From the NCBI GenBank assembly GCA_000092065.1, contig CP000595.1: a DNA stretch of 64,000 nucleotides; one strand, 5' to 3'. Shown here one piece after another: positions 28,801 through 41,700 of this stretch (within the stretch, counting starts at the first letter, position 1; every line of letters begins with the position of its first letter). Origin of the DNA: Ostreococcus lucimarinus (taxonomy: Eukaryota). A program made the translations under genes and the position numbers. Under the pieces are notes generated by a model. That model saw only the letters and a list, made by a program, of their open reading frames with translations, had not been told where the DNA came from and ran no database searches.

Positions 28801-31800
28801 TTCATCGGGATCCCTTGCCTCTTCTGGGTCATCTTGAAGAATCAACCACGCTGTCGTCTTGGCCAAATTACCGCGGCGGTTCTCGAGCTGCACCTCCGCC
28901 TTCCATTGAAGATTCTCGAGCTTCACTGTGTTGTGAGTGTCGAGCAGCTTGCCTTTGTGCGAGATATCAAATTTACTTCCAGTGACAGCAGGAAGCTCGT
29001 CTTCACCTGCGAACTCGCCCCGATCGCGCATGTCTCGCAATTCTGTGGCGAGCTTGGTGTGAACGCTTGAGACTTCCTCCTTGAGACGAACGGGGACGTA
29101 CACGTTCCATCCTAAATCTCTCGATCGATCCGGGTCTTCTTCCTGAATGATGATGGTTTCTCTCGTACGGAAGTGTCGTTCTCGCTCTTGTTTAATTCGC
29201 GACACCTCTTCGTCGTCTTGCTGGATGACGACGTACAAGTTGCCGTGACGAGCGCAGCGCTCTCCGGGCTCGCATTCGCAGAGGCAACAGAAATCGTCGT
29301 AGACGTCGTCGAGGTCAAGGTGCCACGGCAACACGTCACCGTCTTCATCCTGCGCCTCTGCTTTCGCTTTTGCGAGACTTTCATCGTAAGCATCCCAATC
29401 AGGGTGAATATCACCAAAGTAACCCTGGAACCGAACAAAGTGCGTGCGTCCACTGACTTCGGATGTTTGGAAAAAGAGCTCCTCTTGGTCCAAGTCTGCC
29501 GCGTCGTTCACATCCGTTTGAAAGGCTCTTCGAACGTTGTCAGCTTGTTGAAGTACCTCATACTCAGCGAGTTGCTTCTCTTCGTCCTCCTTCTCTTTCT
29601 CTTGCGTAGCGTGCGACTTCGCACGGGCGAGAGTGGAGTCTCGAAGTAAAAAGCGTTCGACCGACGGGTTGTGAGCGCCTGAGACGCCGCGTAAATCTTT
29701 TTGAGCCTGTCTGTAAAACTTGCGATAGAAGTTGTATCTCTTTTGAATCATCTTATTCTCGATGAAGAGTTGCACTTGTCGATTCATGTCCCGATTGTCC
29801 ACCGCCGCGGCGCGAATCAGGCTTTGACGCACCGGGCGCGAGAGCATCTTGTAGAAAGATTTGGCTCTGTCGTCATGGGTACCCAGAATGGTCTCCACAG
29901 TCTTGTGTCGCCAGAGCGAGCGAATTCCTCGAGCGAATTCCATTCGCAGGTGCATGTCGAAATTACCACTGAAATACAATCCTTGATCACCTTCCGCGGA
30001 CTCAAGCTGAAGAATCGCGCCCGCACTGGGGTTGAGCAGCGAAAGTGTCGGTTTCCATTCGACCCACTTGCGTTCGCGTAGCCACTGCGATGAGCGGTGC
30101 TCACTCACGACAATACTGATGACACGAGCGATAAAATTCTTGTAGGCCCGTCGAAGGTGCCAGTCAGCTCTCTTGAACCATTCCGCGCTGCTATAGGCTT
30201 CGTAAAAAATCCCTGCGCAGAAAACAAAGACAGCCACCGCAATGGTTTGCCACACGGCATTTCTGGCGTTGTCCTTTGTCCTTTGGTTGATGATGTACGA
30301 CACCGGCGCTATTGAAATGACTGAAAGCATCAGTACGAGCACCATGGCGAGCAAATGTAAGCCAAGATACCGTTTTGCTTCGCTCGTTTTAAAAGGTCGC
30401 AAAATGACGGTCGCGAACGACACAGATATTACGAGTAGAGCGGTGAGCGCCTGCACGACACCGTTGCCATTTCTGAGCTCGTAGCCTAGAAGTTGAATCA
30501 AGCACAACGCCAATATTCGTGCCATCTCGTTCACACGATACCAAACGTAGTCATCTGTGAACTGGAACGTTGCAAATCCAATCAAATCTCGTTTCCACAG
30601 CTTTTCCCATCCTCCCATGGCGTACTTTATTACCCAATACATGATGGCAAAGAAACCGATCGGGTACAGAAGCAGGGCGATCAAGGCGAGCGGGAACAGC
30701 TGTTGCCATTTCGTGCTTCCAGTCGTCGATGAGAAATATCCGAATCGCAAGTTCGGCTGCGCACGAATGTACCCAAACTTGTCCGTCACTGAACGATGAA
30801 ATATGAAAAAGTCAAATGTCGCGATGATGACGGCGACATAAGTAATTTGAATGACGTTCAAAATACTTCGAAGCATTAAAACCCATCGCCTTTGACCGTT
30901 GCGAACCACCTCGACACTCGGCTGCGTTTTGATGTAAAATTTACCCCAAATGTAGGCGTACAGCTGTGCGATGCCGTACATCAGCGCAAGTCCAATCGCC
31001 GGCATGGCCATTAATGAGTTCCAGCGTGCCACAAAATCGTATTCAGTCAAACATTCGAGGCCGATGACTTCGGGGTTGAGCTGCAGTATGTAGCATAGCT
31101 GTAGCAGCAAAGTCAAGCCGGGATAATCGTTCCAGCCAAGATTGTATCTCCCAATAATCCCAACTTCTTGCAGAAACACAACGAGCGATAATATACGACA
31201 ATAGACGATGTATCGAAAGCTCTGCTCGTCGATGAGCCAGGGCATCAAAATCGCCGAAAGCATCACCAAGCCGACGCCCGCACCATACAGCGTGTGCCCC
31301 AAAGCAGATCCGCACTTCAAACACTGACCATTGAGACGGTAGTAGCCCGTAACACACGTCTCACACGCGTCGTGAACATATCCCTCTGCGCACTGCACGG
31401 CATCCGCACTCGATCCGCCCGCGGCGATGGCGTCCACTTGCGCCGAGCCAGCGATGCCTTTCACACCGGGACACGCCTTATGGGGGAAGCACTGTCGCAT
31501 GGAGATGGGTTGCTTGTACGAGCGCGTTTCAGGAGACACGACGTAGAAACCAGGCTGCGGATAAGGCACCGTGAGATTCGTCTCAGCACAATACGTCCAA
31601 CGTTCGGGCGCTCCGTAGGAGTCGCTGTACTCTGGGCAAGGAAAGCAATATCCCGGCACGCCGTACCAACCGATGTTGCAGAAACATTGGTCCCTTGACG
31701 TTGCGCCTTGAACAGAGGTACTCCCAGCGGGACATGAAATGCAAGTTTCAAGTCCCGGGGTGTCGGAATAATACCCATTGCTGCATCGGGTACAGAAGCC

Positions 31801-34800
31801 TCGTTGCACGGTTCCGCCAGCCATACCCACCGGGCAGGCACGACAGGTGTGCGAGTTGATGGCGTCGGTGACTTGACCAAGCGGACAAATCGTGCACGTG
31901 CCGTAAGTCTTTGCGTTTGACGCATCACCAACGGCGCTTGCTGACTCTGTTGTGTAACCTAGCGCACAACCAACATGAATATTCAATGTTGCCTCCGCAC
32001 TCACCAGGCTGCCGTCGTCGACTACGCGAATCGCGTACTTCTCTAAAGGATTCTGCCGAACCAACGTGGTCGACGGAAAGAATCCGTAGAGTAATGGCGG
32101 CGCCAAATAATAAAGCGTGATCGATGTCCCGTTGTTCAGCAGACCAACCTGATCGAGCGTTGCTGCCGTAATTTCGTCCACCGGTCGTCCAAATCTGTCG
32201 ATTGATTTGTACCATCGACCTCTCCTACGCGTCGCCCAATCGCTTTGTGTGACGATCGGTTTCCACGTCAAGAAAAGTCTAAAGTATGGACCAGCGTCGA
32301 CGTCGTAAGGCGAAAACGTAATCGGGGTCAAATCTGCATCTCCTAAGTCATCCGCCGCTCGGTCTCTATTCATCACCGCGTTCACCTCCATGTTTGCCAA
32401 AAATGGGGGGTCATTCACAGGTCTGATCGTCACGTTGACTGAGGCGGACGCCGCGAGAGTCGAGTCGTAACTGGACACGATAGAGAACTCAATACTGTCG
32501 GTCCCGGTGAAATTCGCGCTCGGCGTATAGTTGAAGTACTGAAAATTGAGATTTCCGTCATCAGTGTTGACAGAACAATTCCACCAATACTGCACCTCCA
32601 CGTCATTGCACAGCTTTGTCACGGTGCCATTCTGCACGCCCGCATTCGTTACGGTGTAAGTTAAAGTGCCGGCATACTCCGAAGCCATGATCGTTCGCCC
32701 GAATCGACCCGTCATTGTCGTATCTTCATCCACCCAATAGTGCGAGACTACGCCGACGGGCTTTCCGGTGGCGGATCCGACGGCTACGACGACGCTGGCC
32801 ACGTCGTACAAAGTCGTATCGGGCGTGTTATCCAAACTGTCATCCACACTGTAAATGAAATAATCATACCCAGTAAAATTAATGTCTGGTATATACTCGA
32901 ACGTCGACGAATAAGCGACGGGACCGGCCGGAAGCTCGAGGGTTCCGTGCGCCGGCTGTTGACGAATTGTCCACGTGAGTCTGTCGCCGTCGATATCAGT
33001 CGCCGTCATAGGGCGGCTCAACTTGCTGCCCGTCGCGGTCGCATCAACCTGCGTACGCATTGGAATAATATCAGCCGTTGACTCGTAGCTCAATATTTGC
33101 TCACCGCCCGCGGCGACTGGTGCGTCGTTGCGTTTCGCGATATCCACTCGCGCCTCCTTGATATCCGTCGTGCAGCTATTGTCGTACAACGCCAGCACGG
33201 CGGGACTACAATCGACTGTGCCATCGGTGTCGAGACCGAGCGCTTGTGCGACGGTATATTCAACCGTTCCGCGAAAGGTGAATACGTCTACGCCGTTTTC
33301 ATTCGGTTTGGGTTGATACGACACGACGCCGTATCCGGCGTTCATCTCGACTTGGAAAGTAGCCTCGACTGCTTTCCGAGGATCACAGACGGTGAATATG
33401 TTCGCCACAAACGGAATACCCGAGCGACTCGTGAACAAAGGGAGCTCTCGCTGCCAGAGAGGCCCATCTTCGTACGTGTAAAAGTTGACTACGTTTCCGG
33501 ACGAGTTGCTCGTCACCGCCAACTGCGTCGCGTACGTCACCGTAATCGATTCTAATGCTAGTATGTCCGTCGGTATGTGTCCTACTTGATCTGCGCCGAT
33601 GAACGTGGAGTCCGTCCCGAACGTTGCATTCGTGTTCACCGTGTTTTGCGCGTTCAGTAAATCAATCCATGCCGCTGGTGGCGGTGGTGGATACGCAGGC
33701 GACGGCGGCGGGCTGGGTGGCGGTGGGAACGGTGGCGGACTAAAGGGCGTGGGTGATGGTGGCGGCGGTGGTGATGGAATCCCCGAATCATTCTTTCTAT
33801 CCCACGACCAAGTCGACGCACAGAGCGATAACGAAAGTATGAAGAAGAAATACAGGCAGAAGATGATGACGTTGTCGCTGAAGATGTAACGCAAGCGCTT
33901 CAGTGCCTTCTTCTTTGACGTGTACTTGTGCGTCTCATGGTTGCCGCGAAGCTTCAGGTGCACGTGACACGTCTGTGCAACGTTGATTCCATCGCCTAAG
34001 CGCCAACCAGGATCGACGAGACATCCCAAATAGAACAAATCCACGCTGTCCGGATCCGGCTGATGTTTCAAGCGCCGACAAACCATTCGCTTCACCTTTT
34101 GGAAGTTGTCCGTCAACTTGCAAGTCAAGCTAATGGTCTGCATCTCGTTCACGTCATCGATGTTTCGCATGAAAAGTGAATCTCGCAACCGCACGATAGT
34201 GGGCAATCGGACCACCACGGTGCACGTCGGGTCTGGATGTCCTGAAATCGCCGCGATGATCGCGGCCGATAAGTACATGCCTAGGAAAAACAACAGCAAC
34301 CCCAGGAACACCAAAAACCCATCGTCTCTGCTCTCTACCGGACACTTCGTCGTATCCGCTGGCGCTATCACGCATTGTCCGGCGTTCAGCGACCCCGATG
34401 GACATTCAATGTAACTATACGGGCAACAGCCCGTCTTGTTCGTGTTCAACAACGCGTCCGGATAAGGATAACTCACCAAAGATTGCGACAGGCACGAGCA
34501 TGACTCTCCGGCGAACCCTAAATCGCACACACACGTGCCATCTCGCTCGGAGCAATAGCCGTTACCGTTGCAATCCACCGACGGCGAACACGAAAATTTG
34601 CACCGATTGTCCCCGACGCCCACCCATCCTCGATCGCACACGCAATCCTTCGCCGTGGCGTCCCACGTCCCGTGTCCATTACACGCGTCCCGACCGTTGT
34701 TCGTCGTGGTGTTGAACTGGCACAGACTACCCGTGAAGGCATCAGGGCAAATGCACTCCTTGCTCGTCGCCGCGCACACGCCGTTATTCTCGCACCCGCA

Positions 34801-35631
34801 CGTTGCGCACCCATCCCCAGTCATCGCCCCCACGCACGTCGGCGTCGGCGCACTGTACGTCCAATTATACGCACACGTTCTACACGGTCCGTTATACACG
34901 CTTCCGCTCATGCACGTCGACGACGCCGCGCACCATCCGCAGCCGTCCGCTTTCGCGCAGTGCTCCGCGTTCCCAATCGCCGCGCACCTCGGATCGCACG
35001 GTATCTCAATCTCATTCGTCACCGCGTTCACCACTCGCGGCGCGTTCATCACCGGCGGCAAATGCGACACGCACAGCGCGGCGTCGAGCAAGGAGTAGCA
35101 CGTCGGGTTGTGTCCGTCCACGTCGCGCGAGTCGCACCACCCGCACCCGACCTCCTGCACGCACTCCCCGAACACCGCCCGTCGCTGGCACCGCAGCGGG
35201 CTCACGATGCTCTCATCGCTCGCGTTCCACGCCGTGAGCGCGTCGTCGTGCGCCGCCTCGGTCGTTCGCACGCCGAGCGCGCGTCGCGCGTCGCGCGCGC
35301 GCGCGCCCCGAGCGCCCGCGGCTTCGCTTCCCGGCGCGCTCGCGCTCGAGCGCGGGCTCGGCGCGAGCGCGAACAGCGCGAGGGCGACGCGAACGAGCGT
35401 TCGCAATCGCGCGTCGCGCGCGCGATCGCCGACGCGCATGGCGCCGCGTTCTGCGGTCGACGCATCCGCGGTGCCGTTCAAATCGAGGGTGTTACGCCCT
35501 ATAAATATACGTGATACCTTAAAAACACACACACTACTAGGGTTTAACGCAGACCAAACGTTTATTTCAAACGCGGTCGAACGCGGTCGGCCGCGCGCGC
35601 GCGCGTCGCTCGCACAACTCCGCGCGCGCAT
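25891..35631 (-). CDS. Giant multidomain membrane protein (3,246-aa ORF; probable start Met at 35439): signal peptide, PSI and EGF-like repeats, TM, Pro-rich segment, cadherin-like region (PVNDPP), ephrin-receptor-like Cys repeats, multi-pass TM module, large cytoplasmic region, C-terminal zinc-ribbon array
   Basis: 9.7-kb stop-free frame. PSI-type C..C......CGWC blocks ([14 protein letters not shown]; [16 protein letters not shown]). EGF blocks ([25 protein letters not shown]). Cys repeats CTICPLGQ...[11 protein letters not shown]...[11 protein letters not shown]...[10 protein letters not shown]. Hydrophobic module [17 protein letters not shown] ... [16 protein letters not shown] ... Repeated [33 protein letters not shown] zinc ribbons. 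Domain calls are by motif recall. Internal introns cannot be excluded. Confidence 0.75.
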   Translation of the reverse strand: MRARSCASDARARGRPRSTAFEINVWSALNPSSVCVFKVSRIFIGRNTLDLNGTADASTAERGAMRVGDRARDARLRTLVRVALALFALAPSPRSSASAPGSEAAGARGARARDARRALGVRTTEAAHDDALTAWNASDESIVSPLRCQRRAVFGECVQEVGCGWCDSRDVDGHNPTCYSLLDAALCVSHLPPVMNAPRVVNAVTNEIEIPCDPRCAAIGNAEHCAKADGCGWCAASSTCMSGSVYNGPCRTCAYNWTYSAPTPTCVGAMTGDGCATCGCENNGVCAATSKECICPDAFTGSLCQFNTTTNNGRDACNGHGTWDATAKDCVCDRGWVGVGDNRCKFSCSPSVDCNGNGYCSERDGTCVCDLGFAGESCSCLSQSLVSYPYPDALLNTNKTGCCPYSYIECPSGSLNAGQCVIAPADTTKCPVESRDDGFLVFLGLLLFFLGMYLSAAIIAAISGHPDPTCTVVVRLPTIVRLRDSLFMRNIDDVNEMQTISLTCKLTDNFQKVKRMVCRRLKHQPDPDSVDLFYLGCLVDPGWRLGDGINVAQTCHVHLKLRGNHETHKYTSKKKALKRLRYIFSDNVIIFCLYFFFILSLSLCASTWSWDRKNDSGIPSPPPPPSPTPFSPPPFPPPPSPPPSPAYPPPPPAAWIDLLNAQNTVNTNATFGTDSTFIGADQVGHIPTDILALESITVTYATQLAVTSNSSGNVVNFYTYEDGPLWQRELPLFTSRSGIPFVANIFTVCDPRKAVEATFQVEMNAGYGVVSYQPKPNENGVDVFTFRGTVEYTVAQALGLDTDGTVDCSPAVLALYDNSCTTDIKEARVDIAKRNDAPVAAGGEQILSYESTADIIPMRTQVDATATGSKLSRPMTATDIDGDRLTWTIRQQPAHGTLELPAGPVAYSSTFEYIPDINFTGYDYFIYSVDDSLDNTPDTTLYDVASVVVAVGSATGKPVGVVSHYWVDEDTTMTGRFGRTIMASEYAGTLTYTVTNAGVQNGTVTKLCNDVEVQYWWNCSVNTDDGNLNFQYFNYTPSANFTGTDSIEFSIVSSYDSTLAASASVNVTIRPVNDPPFLANMEVNAVMNRDRAADDLGDADLTPITFSPYDVDAGPYFRLFLTWKPIVTQSDWATRRRGRWYKSIDRFGRPVDEITAATLDQVGLLNNGTSITLYYLAPPLLYGFFPSTTLVRQNPLEKYAIRVVDDGSLVSAEATLNIHVGCALGYTTESASAVGDASNAKTYGTCTICPLGQVTDAINSHTCRACPVGMAGGTVQRGFCTRCSNGYYSDTPGLETCISCPAGSTSVQGATSRDQCFCNIGWYGVPGYCFPCPEYSDSYGAPERWTYCAETNLTVPYPQPGFYVVSPETRSYKQPISMRQCFPHKACPGVKGIAGSAQVDAIAAGGSSADAVQCAEGYVHDACETCVTGYYRLNGQCLKCGSALGHTLYGAGVGLVMLSAILMPWLIDEQSFRYIVYCRILSLVVFLQEVGIIGRYNLGWNDYPGLTLLLQLCYILQLNPEVIGLECLTEYDFVARWNSLMAMPAIGLALMYGIAQLYAYIWGKFYIKTQPSVEVVRNGQRRWVLMLRSILNVIQITYVAVIIATFDFFIFHRSVTDKFGYIRAQPNLRFGYFSSTTGSTKWQQLFPLALIALLLYPIGFFAIMYWVIKYAMGGWEKLWKRDLIGFATFQFTDDYVWYRVNEMARILALCLIQLLGYELRNGNGVVQALTALLVISVSFATVILRPFKTSEAKRYLGLHLLAMVLVLMLSVISIAPVSYIINQRTKDNARNAVWQTIAVAVFVFCAGIFYEAYSSAEWFKRADWHLRRAYKNFIARVISIVVSEHRSSQWLRERKWVEWKPTLSLLNPSAGAILQLESAEGDQGLYFSGNFDMHLRMEFARGIRSLWRHKTVETILGTHDDRAKSFYKMLSRPVRQSLIRAAAVDNRDMNRQVQLFIENKMIQKRYNFYRKFYRQAQKDLRGVSGAHNPSVERFLLRDSTLARAKSHATQEKEKEDEEKQLAEYEVLQQADNVRRAFQTDVNDAADLDQEELFFQTSEVSGRTHFVRFQGYFGDIHPDWDAYDESLAKAKAEAQDEDGDVLPWHLDLDDVYDDFCCLCECEPGERCARHGNLYVVIQQDDEEVSRIKQERERHFRTRETIIIQEEDPDRSRDLGWNVYVPVRLKEEVSSVHTKLATELRDMRDRGEFAGEDELPAVTGSKFDISHKGKLLDTHNTVKLENLQWKAEVQLENRRGNLAKTTAWLILQDDPEEARDPDEDERMYARPDIEEGPVLAQPVLQSNLVHENPEMTVLDLRRMLADSNSKPLERTILRYRNNGKELIQDAAPLTRKGISKPNHVLTSFEPEDGNYYVWSEIRNHWTFLEGLFKTYASIPSGPSDNETRVGADDHLLMSYRQFMYLISSCKIEDKLPNSQYNQLSAVVRSVFDTVKAPELLAKCLTLDRETGSVEGSLCPSEGPRLELRIKHAWGMHLDEFLTSLVFMAWIIYGHRVPLTDRGVARATRWLIERILRPKAHHIVEAYEAQARFATAMKKQGKSSDEDIRAVSTVYKAFTDKDGMGVMEFKAATMWAVGAESPLNKFGELVFRTYSDFSTSTPDWVYHGARHGWVHAIDEKPDGYLCCQGSRLDAKKFMLAFGDFCFRANPTVKPSEALQAQFKQAQERKPLAESPSVHAVLEEPSDELARKNLVMPDSRCSICGMTDHEAPNCPRKKDVNCPNCGITVEPPNKIVIGPDDLEYCNECLREDVPEDEPFVCPNCETPCEPEEVAISDVDGKKHCPRCAPEPFVCPNCETPCEPEEVAISDVDGKKHCPRCAPEPFVCPNCETPCEPEEVAISDVDGKKHCPRCAPEPFVCPNCETPCEPEEVAISDVDGKKHCPRCAPEPFVCPNCETPCEPEEVAISDVDGKKHCPRCAPEPFVCPNCETPCEPEEVAISDVDGKKHCPRCAPEPFVCPNCETPCEPEEVAISDVDGKKHCPRCAPEPFVCPNCETPCEPEDVIKVDGGQFCPKCWSPQRKRSIPTCPNCDAPCTLNDIITGPGGKDYCPRCVPEEEPEMDEAPRQASSKAPAPFECPNCSREMEPEDVMPGPDGNVYCAECFPDEALDDDIDDEDYPSAPAFTKPKIEKAQRQRVARVRKVTKRRVDDDAPIAKPRAFTPSSPPPPKPERERIARVRKVTTTVVDDESVARPRAFARAPSRADRERAEAASSASRLGKFFGFGGASSSTARE
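26584..27328. repeat. Perfect tandem repeat, 99-bp unit x ~7.5 copies, inside the coding region of the 3,246-aa gene (encodes 33-aa CPNC...CPRC zinc-ribbon units); flanked by degenerate copies (~26280-27480)
   Basis: Unit gacttcttcgggctcgcacggcgtctcgcagttcgggcacacgaacggctccggcgcgcaacgcgggcagtgtttcttgccgtcgacgtcgctgatcgc recurs with 100% identity starting at 26683, 26782, 26881, 26980, 27079 and 27178. A 5'-variant copy lies at 26584 and a partial copy at 27277-27328. The + ORFs 26471..27472 and 26563..27801 are repeat artefacts. Confidence 0.95.
30100..31300 (-). other. Multi-pass transmembrane module of the 3,246-aa protein, paralogous to the TM module of the 7,684-aa neighbour
   Basis: [36 protein letters not shown] and [16 protein letters not shown] (minus strand) align with LAVADLQILGLDCVSTWDYFTRFATTMFAPFVWVFVLG and LYPVGLFLAAFGWLYVH of the + strand giant protein. 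Confidence 0.6.
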
Positions 35632-35729
35632 CGCCGCGCCCCGAACGCGCGAGCGTCGCGCGACGCGGCGCGATCGGCGCGCGCGCGATGTCGACGCGGC
35701 GCGTCGACGCGCGCGCGACGACGACGACG

Positions 35730-35760
<31 letters not shown>

Positions 35761-35777
35761 AGGTGTTGGACGACGCG
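35440..35777. promoter_or_regulatory. Putative shared bidirectional promoter / 5' leaders of the divergent giant gene pair, containing a (GAC)n microsatellite (35715-35770)
   Basis: Probable signal-peptide start Mets are at 35439 (-) and 35778 (+). gacgacgacgacgacgacgacgacgacg is directly visible. Inference from gene arrangement. Confidence 0.35.
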
Positions 35778-38700
35778 ATGGCGACGGCGACGGCGCCGAC
35801 GCCGACGCGAAGCGCGCGAACGCCGAGCGCGTGGACGCGGACGGCGATGATCGCGATCGCGCTCTTCGCGGCGCTCGGCGGCGCGACGCCGGGCCGCGCG
35901 GCGTTCACGGCGGACGTGTGTTACGGCGCGTCGTGGGAGCCGACGGCGACGGCGACGAAGGCGTCCATAGGGAAAACCGTCAAACCGGTCACCGCGGTGC
36001 CGAAAGAGCACCCGCTGTTCGTGGACGCGTTCGCGAAGGCGTGCTTGGACGTGGGGAACGCGGCGGGGAACACGTCGGCGGCGACGACGGTGCGATTGCC
36101 GAAGCGGACGAACGCGGGGAACGAGACCTATTGGTCGAACGCGGCGGGGGCGTGCGCGACGTCGCCGACGGTGAGCGCGGGACAGTTGTTTTATAATCGA
36201 GCGGAGATGGGATCGACGTTGTCGTACGCGGATTCGAACACGGGACTGGAGAAGGATAAGACGGTTAGGATTGTGTTCGTGAACGACGACGGAAAGGGCG
36301 CGCACGTGGTGGTGTTGGCGGGCGCGAGGGCGGCGACGGGGTCGAGCTCTCCCGAGGTTGGGCTGATGATGGAGGGTGGTTCGTTGAAAAACTCGGCGAA
36401 CGTGGTGATAGAGGAACCTCGGGGATTGACGAACGTGGTGACGAGTGGAAGCGGATGCGACCCGTCGGTTTCGTCGGCGAGCGATTGCTACGAGTTGGAC
36501 ACGGATTTGGGTCTTGGCAAGTTTCGCTGGGGATCGGGATCGGATCAACGCGGTATCGTCATCGGCCACGTCGCCGATGTGAACTCAGAGTTTGCGATGA
36601 AGTTCACGCTGCTCGAACGCATCGATTCGGTGGAGATTGGGTCGTTTGACGACGCGACGTTTGCGATGTCGTGGGAGACGATTCCGACGGCGAGCGCGTT
36701 GAGAGGTTTCAAGATTCGCAGCGCAACTTGCACGAATCACTGCGCTTTGCACGCAACGTGCGCGTCGTGCGCCACGGATGACGCGTGCGGGTACTGCTCG
36801 GCGACGAAGACGTGCACGAAGATTGATGGTTCGTGCTCGAGCGGCTTCGACGTCATCGGCGAGTGCCTCGATACGTGCGGCGCGGCGTTGACGTGCGGCG
36901 AGTGCGCCGATCAGAGCGGATGTGGGTGGTGCCACACCACTGGTCGGTGTACCGCGGCGCAGCTCGACGGTAGTGCTCCGCAAGATGGTAATTGCTCCGC
37001 GTTTAGCGTGGGATCGAGCGCACAGTGCGCCACGTGTCCGGGCGCCGTCACCTCAACTATGTTGCCCGCTTACGTAGATGTCGACCGCGTCAGCGCGTTT
37101 TGCAACGGCAGGGGGACGTGTGATAACATCACGCGCACGTGTACGTGCTCGAGCGGTTACGGTGGAGACGGATGCGAGAAGATGTGCCCCGGCGGCGCGA
37201 GCAATCCGTGCTCGAGAAACGGTTTATGCGACTCGGCGTCGGGAAGTTGCTTCTGTAATCCTGGCTACGTCGGCTCGCGATGTAACGCCGCCACGATAGT
37301 CGGGACGTGCGAATGTGGCTCAGCGCACACATACTTGAAGTCGGACGGCACGCAGCAGCGCGTGTGCTCTGGTCGTCTCGATTCGAGCGGCTCGTGCGTG
37401 TGCCTCGAGGGATGGTCGGGTGTAAACTGCACCGTCGCGTGCGCCGGCACCTTGACCGTCGGCACCGAGGTGTGTGGTGGACACGGTACGTGCAATGTTG
37501 GAACCGGTCAGTGCGATTGTGAGCCGTGTTATTCGCGGGACGCCACTTCAGGGCTTTGCGTGCAAGACACTTGCTCAACGTGCGACTCTAGCAATGGAGT
37601 GTGTTCGTGCGTGAGCGGAAGTATGCAATGCGCCTGTCGGGGCGCCTTCGATGGGTACGCGTGCGATCAGTGCAAGTGTGGCGACCACGGTCGTTGCAAC
37701 GCACTCTCGGGCGAGTGCGAGTGCGACGCAGGATACGCTGGCGAGCTCTGTGAGCGACTCATTGAGCCGCAGCCGACGTGCGCCAACGGCGGCACCTGGA
37801 ACGCGGCCCTCAAGCGATGCGAGTGCGCGGGCGGATACACGGGCACTCTTTGCGATGCAGCGTGCACGACGAACCCGTGTAATGATCTTTGCAGTGGGCA
37901 TGGTACCGTGAACGTCGATGGGACCTCGTGTACGTGTTTCACTGGATTCTCGGGGAGCACTTGCAACACTTGCGCCACAGGCTACGGCCCGTATCCCAAG
38001 TGCGGCGCGACGCTTGCAAACGGAGAATGTACAGATAATATCGTAGCTTACACTGGGACCACAAACGTGACGATTTCGGGCAAACAGTGCCAGTCGTGGT
38101 CGTCCCAATCGCCGTTCGCGCACACGTACGCGTCGTCTTCGGGATCGACGAGCAATGAGTGTCGTAATCCGTCGTCTGACGCGCACCCGTGGTGCTACGT
38201 CGATCACACCGCCATCACCGGGTCGTACACCCGAGGCGAACCTCGATGGGAGTTTTGTTCAGTACCGACGTGTAAGTCGGCATACGTCAACCCACAGAAG
38301 ATTTGTGGCGTTTTCGGTGGTGAAACAGTCGTGACGTTTGACAAGGACTCCACCTCGGGAGCGCTCAACGCTGTCAGCCAACAGGCGCTGACGACGACGA
38401 ACGACGCAGTGGACAAGACGAACTGTGGCGCAATGAATCTGACTAATAACGATATCACCTTGCACGCGAACGCCGCGGCGCATGGAGACTTTGTCGCTCG
38501 GTTCGCCGAAGACTCCGGCACGGGTTATGCGAGACGCATCATCACGCACATCGGTCTCAAAGCATCCGTTTCGCCGGCGCACGATAGCGTCGAAGTGCAC
38601 GCCGATGGCACCGTGAAAGTCAACAGTGTTACCAAAACGAATGATCTGCCATACTCCGACGGCTCCACTGGTGTTTTGTGCGTGTCTGACTGGATGCCCG

Positions 38701-41700
38701 TGAGCTCGGGCTTGGCGAGCACGGAGCTTTTACAAATAACGATTTCAGAGACGACGGTGGCAAACATCACCAAGTTTACCGCTTGCACGGGATGCGCGGC
38801 GCAGCTCATCGTGGTCATAAGTGTCCCAAATAGTGTTACATCGACAGGCATATGCGCCACGGCGGGCTCGGCGACCAGCGTAAACTTCGACGAGAACGCA
38901 GAAGGAAGCGCGCCGTGGGGCGTCGGCGCGGCGCTCAACGCCGCTTGCGGGACCGACACGCACGACCCTGGTAGCGTCTCAACGGTGCAAGCGAAGTGGT
39001 GCGACCAGTGCCAGTATCTGGGTGAAGTGTACGATTCGTGCGTCGCTCAGATGGCGAACGAAGGGTTCAACTTTGCCCGCGCCGCCGTAATAGAGGGCTG
39101 TCGCATGGCGTTTGTGGCAATCTACGGATACGACCGCACGATTCCCTCATATCTCACGGCGACGGCGTCGACGGGCGCCACATTAGCGGACACCGTGTAC
39201 CCGTATAGAAGCTACACTCCGTCTGATGTGCAGTTTAAGTCACTCTCCGACAATCGCTTAGCTTTTGACGTGCTAGACGTCACGGAAACCTTGCCGGAAT
39301 ACATCGTCGGTACGACGAGAACGGATGGGTCGCGCACGCGAATGACTGGTTTGCCACGAGAGTTTACAGGCGAGACCGATACGACGCAAGTGTTCCCGTT
39401 CCCTAGAATTGAAGACTCGTGCAGAACCGCGAGTGATATAGGATCAACATCTGGGTATCGCGTGTACACTATGAATTACGCTTCGGCGACGGATGAAGCT
39501 CTGGAGATTACGATGTGCGGCTCCGCCACGGGAACCAACGTGGGCGTCTACACAAAAGACTTTGTAGACATCCCGTCGGCGGATTGGACGCACAATACTA
39601 CAAGTGCGAATGGGAATATCACTTTCACATTCACCCCGTGGATCGATGGCTTGGCCACGTATGAGGCTCGTTTCGAGTACTCTTTGGCGTCCACCAAGAA
39701 AAACGTGACGTTTGACGTCACTCGCACCTCTGCAAACGTCAACATTGGCTCGTTTGAATTCTACCCGCCGACGGCGTCGGATTCGTACGGCTCTGTTGGC
39801 TTTGAGTTTAGCGTTCCCAGTGCGGAAGCCGCCGCCACGGTTTCGTTCACAATGTCACCCACTGGCACTGGTGACTCAACGGCGGCGAACTCTGCGTTTA
39901 TCTCGCTTACCGCGGTTTTCATTCACGCGAAGAACTACGCGCAAGCGAGTTTGAATTACCCGCCATTCGGTGGGTTCAAGCAAGTCTCGTGCGCCAACTT
40001 CCAAGCGGCATCCTGTGGGTCGCTGAAGTTCACGGCGACGCAAAAGACATATTACATCGTCGTCTCTGGACAAAAATTCGTCTCGGGGGCGTACAGCATG
40101 CAAATAAAAAAGTTGAGCGCGGATTTGACAACCGTGTACACGGTGAGCAGCAACGCAGCGACGTCTTTGGTGAGGCCGTTGACGGGATTGGATGGCGCAG
40201 CCGATGGCACGTTGACGCCGTACAAGGTGGCAAAGTATGGCGATAATATTCGCGTCGTCGTGCGCGCGTCGCACGCAATAGATAGACCAAGAATCACGTT
40301 GGGCAATTACGCGGTTCCGAGCTCGAAGATTGTCTCTGCAGGTGCCGGCGCGGAGTATTCAGCGACGGTGACCGTCAGCGCTAGCATGGCGACTTCTGGA
40401 CACATCACGGTAAAGGTTGAGCAGGCGAGTACGCTCACCTCAGCATCGTATGGGTTTAAGACGTCCACTCATCCGTTGGGTTCTGACATCGCGCTCGTCG
40501 TGTTGGACAACACCGCGCCTACTGTCAGTCACGCCTGGGTCGTCAATCCATCCTACATGCTCGCGCCGTCGTCGGCGCCATCGTCCTGTACGAATCTTAC
40601 GACGTCCACGGGTAAGGATGTAAACGTTACGGCGGCAAAGTACGCAAAAGCGGGAGATTACATCGCCGTCATCTTTACGCCGTCGGAAAACGTCGCCACC
40701 ATCGGCGGTACCATCGGCGGTCAAGCTGCGACGAAATGGGTGCGAGCAACCGCGCCGCGCGACGTCACGCTCGCGATCGATGCTTATAAAATCACGATGT
40801 CCGCGGCCTACGTCGATGCCGCGTACGCGCTCGTCAATGACATCACACTCAGCGATGGAGTTTTACCGTTTTCCATTACGTTTACGGACGCCGTTGGCAA
40901 CGTCGGGACGACAATTAACTCGGCGATCAACTCCCTGACCGGTGTCACCGCGAGTTCACCTTTGGCCGATCGACTCAGCGCCGCTCGATTATTGTATGAT
41001 AAGTCACCACCGCGACCGGACTCATGGTCACTGAGGTACGCTAGTTCTTCGGAGATGACTGGGAACCAAGGTTCCAAGCCAGTGTATTATCACGGCTTTG
41101 ACAACGTGGCCTCGAGCGCCAAAGAGTATCGCATCGGTGACACGCTCGTATTAACTGGCACTTGGACCGAATATGTCTCTCGTCCGTACGGCGCGTACAT
41201 GCGCTCGAGCGCTTCAAGTGGCGTGCACGTTCCGCAATCAGCCATTACGATCACGGAGCAAGGCGGAAAACTCACCGGCAAGTTGGAGTGCATGGCGAAG
41301 GAGTTCCGTCCGCGAGCGCAAGAAGCCGTGAGCACCGCGCAAGGTTTCGGTGGAACCAGTTACGTGACATCGACATATCACAAATCATGGAAAGTGGAAG
41401 CGAACACGATCGATCCATGTGATATCGTCGGTAAAGGTGCGTTGGCGTGGAGCGCTCGCGCGGATTGCCAAGCGGAGCACTACGCCGGGAACTCGTTGTG
41501 GATTCCTCTCTGGTCTGCGTGGTGTCGTCACGGTTGGGGTACCTTGGGTTACGCCGTACTCGGAGGCGTCGACCCCGCTGGTAATTCGGCGACGGCGTTG
41601 CGCCAAGTGAGCAAATCTCCGAACAACGCCGACGCTACAGTTGTGATTGCCTCGTCCGCGGTGGCGGGCGACGCGATTATTCGCACGCCGATTCCCATCG

